Part shown: positions 9,688 to 11,087 of the stretch, piece by piece
How the letters are laid out: each line of letters opens with the position of its first letter
Position numbering within the stretch: the stretch's first letter is position 1
Source: Acidobacteriota bacterium
Lineage (GTDB): Bacteria; Acidobacteriota; UBA6911; JACQSX01
Assembly (NCBI GenBank): GCA_036507075.1
Contig: DASXQR010000031.1
Location: 1 to 11,087 of the forward strand
DNA length: 11,087 bases
Reading direction: 5' to 3'
Notes under the pieces: model-generated
What the model was told of the DNA's origin: nothing
Seen by the model: the letters and a program-made list of their open reading frames with translations, nothing else
The model's database searches: none
Program-made: the position numbers and the translations under genes

Positions 9688-10442
9688 TACCGGGCCAGGA
9701 ACTCGCGCAGCTTGCGCACCGCTTTCCCTCGATGACTGAGCTCGTTCTTTTCGGCACGAGTGAGTTCGGCCATGGTCTTTTCCGCCTCCGGTACCAGAAA
9801 AACGGGATCATAGCCAAAACCGCCGGTGCCCTGCGGCCTGGAAACGATGAATCCGCGACACTCTGATTCACAGAAGAACTGCTCTTCGCCGTTATCGTAA
9901 TAACTCAGCGCGCAAACAAAGCGGGCCGGAGATAGAACGTCATAACCGGGGACCTTTGGCACATCCACACTGCCGATTTCAAAAGACTCCATTTGTTTGA
10001 ACTTCTCCTCGGCGGTCAATGGTCGCACCTTGTCCAAACGCGTGGATGTCGCCGAAGAACCTGGCTCGCGCCGCTTCGCTTTCGCCTCGGATCGAAGGGC
10101 GCCGCTTTCACGACTTACCTGTTTGATCTCTTGCAGCAGCTTTTCGATCCGATCGTGATCGGAAGCCGCCGCGCCGGCATAACGCGCCGAGTGAATGCCC
10201 GGCGCGCCTCCCAGAAGTTCCACCTCCAGCCCGGAATCATCGGCGACCACCGGCATTCCCGTGAGCCCGTGGAAGTGGGCTGCTTTTTCTCGCGCGTTTT
10301 CAGCAAACGTGATCCCGCTCTCCTGAAACGGGTCGAGCCCGGGAATGTCATTCAGAGACACCAGTGCTACATGCGGCAATCGGAGAAGCTCTCTAAATTC
10401 GGAGAACTTTCCCGTGTTTGAAGTGGCGATTAACAGCTTCAT
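9687..10442 (-). CDS. rdgB: Non-canonical purine NTP pyrophosphatase (RdgB/HAM1, dITP/XTP pyrophosphatase) with internal insertion
   Basis: ATSNTGK, TFAENAREKA, ADDSGLEV, GAPGIHSARYAG, GFGYDPVF, KNELSHRGKA. 251 aa versus about 200 typical. Confidence 0.95.
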   Translation of the reverse strand: MKLLIATSNTGKFSEFRELLRLPHVALVSLNDIPGLDPFQESGITFAENAREKAAHFHGLTGMPVVADDSGLEVELLGGAPGIHSARYAGAAASDHDRIEKLLQEIKQVSRESGALRSEAKAKRREPGSSATSTRLDKVRPLTAEEKFKQMESFEIGSVDVPKVPGYDVLSPARFVCALSYYDNGEEQFFCESECRGFIVSRPQGTGGFGYDPVFLVPEAEKTMAELTRAEKNELSHRGKAVRKLREFLAR

Positions 10443-10939
10443 CCGATCGGTTCAACATCTGAGGCGTCGATCTCGAGGGCTACCGACTGCTGAATAAGGT
10501 CGACCGAGAGAATGAATTTGAACTTGTTCTTCTTTTTCAACAGTATTCCCTGCATGCCTCTCAGGGCGCCCCGCCGGATTTCCACGCGCTGGCCCACCTT
10601 TACATAAGGGTAAGGATCATACTTGATGGTCGTTTGCAGGAAAGTCTGGATCGCCTGGATCTGCTCATCGGGGATTGGTTCGGCACGGTTGTCAAAGCCG
10701 ATGATCCGGGCCACTCCGGGCACTTTGACAATGTCAAGCCGCCGCTGCTGCATCGGGACATGCACAAACAGATAACCTGTGAAAAGTGGAATATGGACTC
10801 GCTGCTTGCGATCCTTCCACTGGCTCAGCACTTCGCGCAGCGGCAGGAAGGTTTCGATACTCTTACGCTGAAGTTCCTCTTCAACGACCTTTTCGTGGCG
10901 CGAACGTGTGTAAACGGCGTACCAGCGCATTTCATCCAT
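10439..10939 (-). CDS. Specialised NusG paralogue, UpxY/RfaH-family transcription antiterminator (NGN + KOW)
   Basis: WYAVYTRSRHEK, FLPL...WKDRK...PLFTGYLFV NGN domain, KOW motif VGQRVEIRRGALRGMQG. The WxDRK segment is UpxY-like rather than housekeeping NusG. Stop overlaps the rdgB start (ATGA). Confidence 0.9.
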   Translation of the reverse strand: MDEMRWYAVYTRSRHEKVVEEELQRKSIETFLPLREVLSQWKDRKQRVHIPLFTGYLFVHVPMQQRRLDIVKVPGVARIIGFDNRAEPIPDEQIQAIQTFLQTTIKYDPYPYVKVGQRVEIRRGALRGMQGILLKKKNKFKFILSVDLIQQSVALEIDASDVEPIG

Positions 10940-10979
10940 GCGCTTAAATTACCACCGGCGTGGTGGTGTTTGCCACCTC

Positions 10980-11087
10980 GATGGGGATGGAGGGAGGGAG
11001 GGAGGGATGGATGGATGGAGTTATGGAGAGATGGAGGGATGGAGGGATGGAGGGATGGAGGGAGGGAGGGATAGAGGGATGGAGGGA
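10980..11087. repeat. Purine-rich octamer/tetramer tandem repeat (GGAGGGAT)n, truncated by the window end
   Basis: 108 nt with no C on the + strand. Units GGAGGGAT, GGAGGGAG, GGAGAGAT, GGAGTTAT. Confidence 0.92.

Noticed and set aside
9371..9699. CGGGCCAGG direct repeat (9371-9379 and 9691-9699) as a target-site duplication of the long palindrome
   Set aside because: The copies are asymmetric relative to the arms (22 nt versus 3 nt away) and one lies inside rdgB coding sequence. Probably chance in GC-rich DNA.
9344..9871. ORFs 9344-9739 (+), 9385-9600 (+) and 9491-9871 (-) with VHVHEHVHV / STSTST repeats
   Set aside because: They arise from stop-poor hexamer repeats and the palindrome. There is no RBS or recognisable domain, and two overlap rdgB. 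A His-rich metal-binding peptide cannot be supported.
10945..10962. RfaH ops site upstream of the NusG paralogue
   Set aside because: The best minus-strand match GCCGGTGG deviates from GGCGGTAG at key positions and lacks the downstream TG.
10634..11074. 146-aa plus-strand ORF ending in WRDGGMEG repeats
   Set aside because: Antisense to the NusG paralogue. Its tail is just the translated GGAGGGAT repeat.

Overview
GC-rich bacterial chromosomal window. An Acidobacteriota-like origin is my guess from gene order and protein style, not shown. Most of it is a minus-strand housekeeping run: a UpxY/RfaH-type NusG paralogue, rdgB (with an unusual ~55-aa insertion), tig, clpP, clpX, lon, engB/yihA and rho. 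These converge on msrA (+), which is divergent from a probably exported cupin with a basic tail. The notable part is intergenic. Five spacers hold palindromic elements, built from short tandem-repeat arms in inverted orientation (6-, 7- and 8-nt units) or from GTAG-type REPs. At least three are nested, one repeat family sitting in the centre of another (540-721, 3376-3531, 9402-9687). No transposase, tRNA, rRNA or CRISPR array is visible. Also seen: an ECF-sigma-type promoter before lon, probable leaderless msrA and tig transcripts, and a specialised antiterminator at the head of a gene run that ends in rho.
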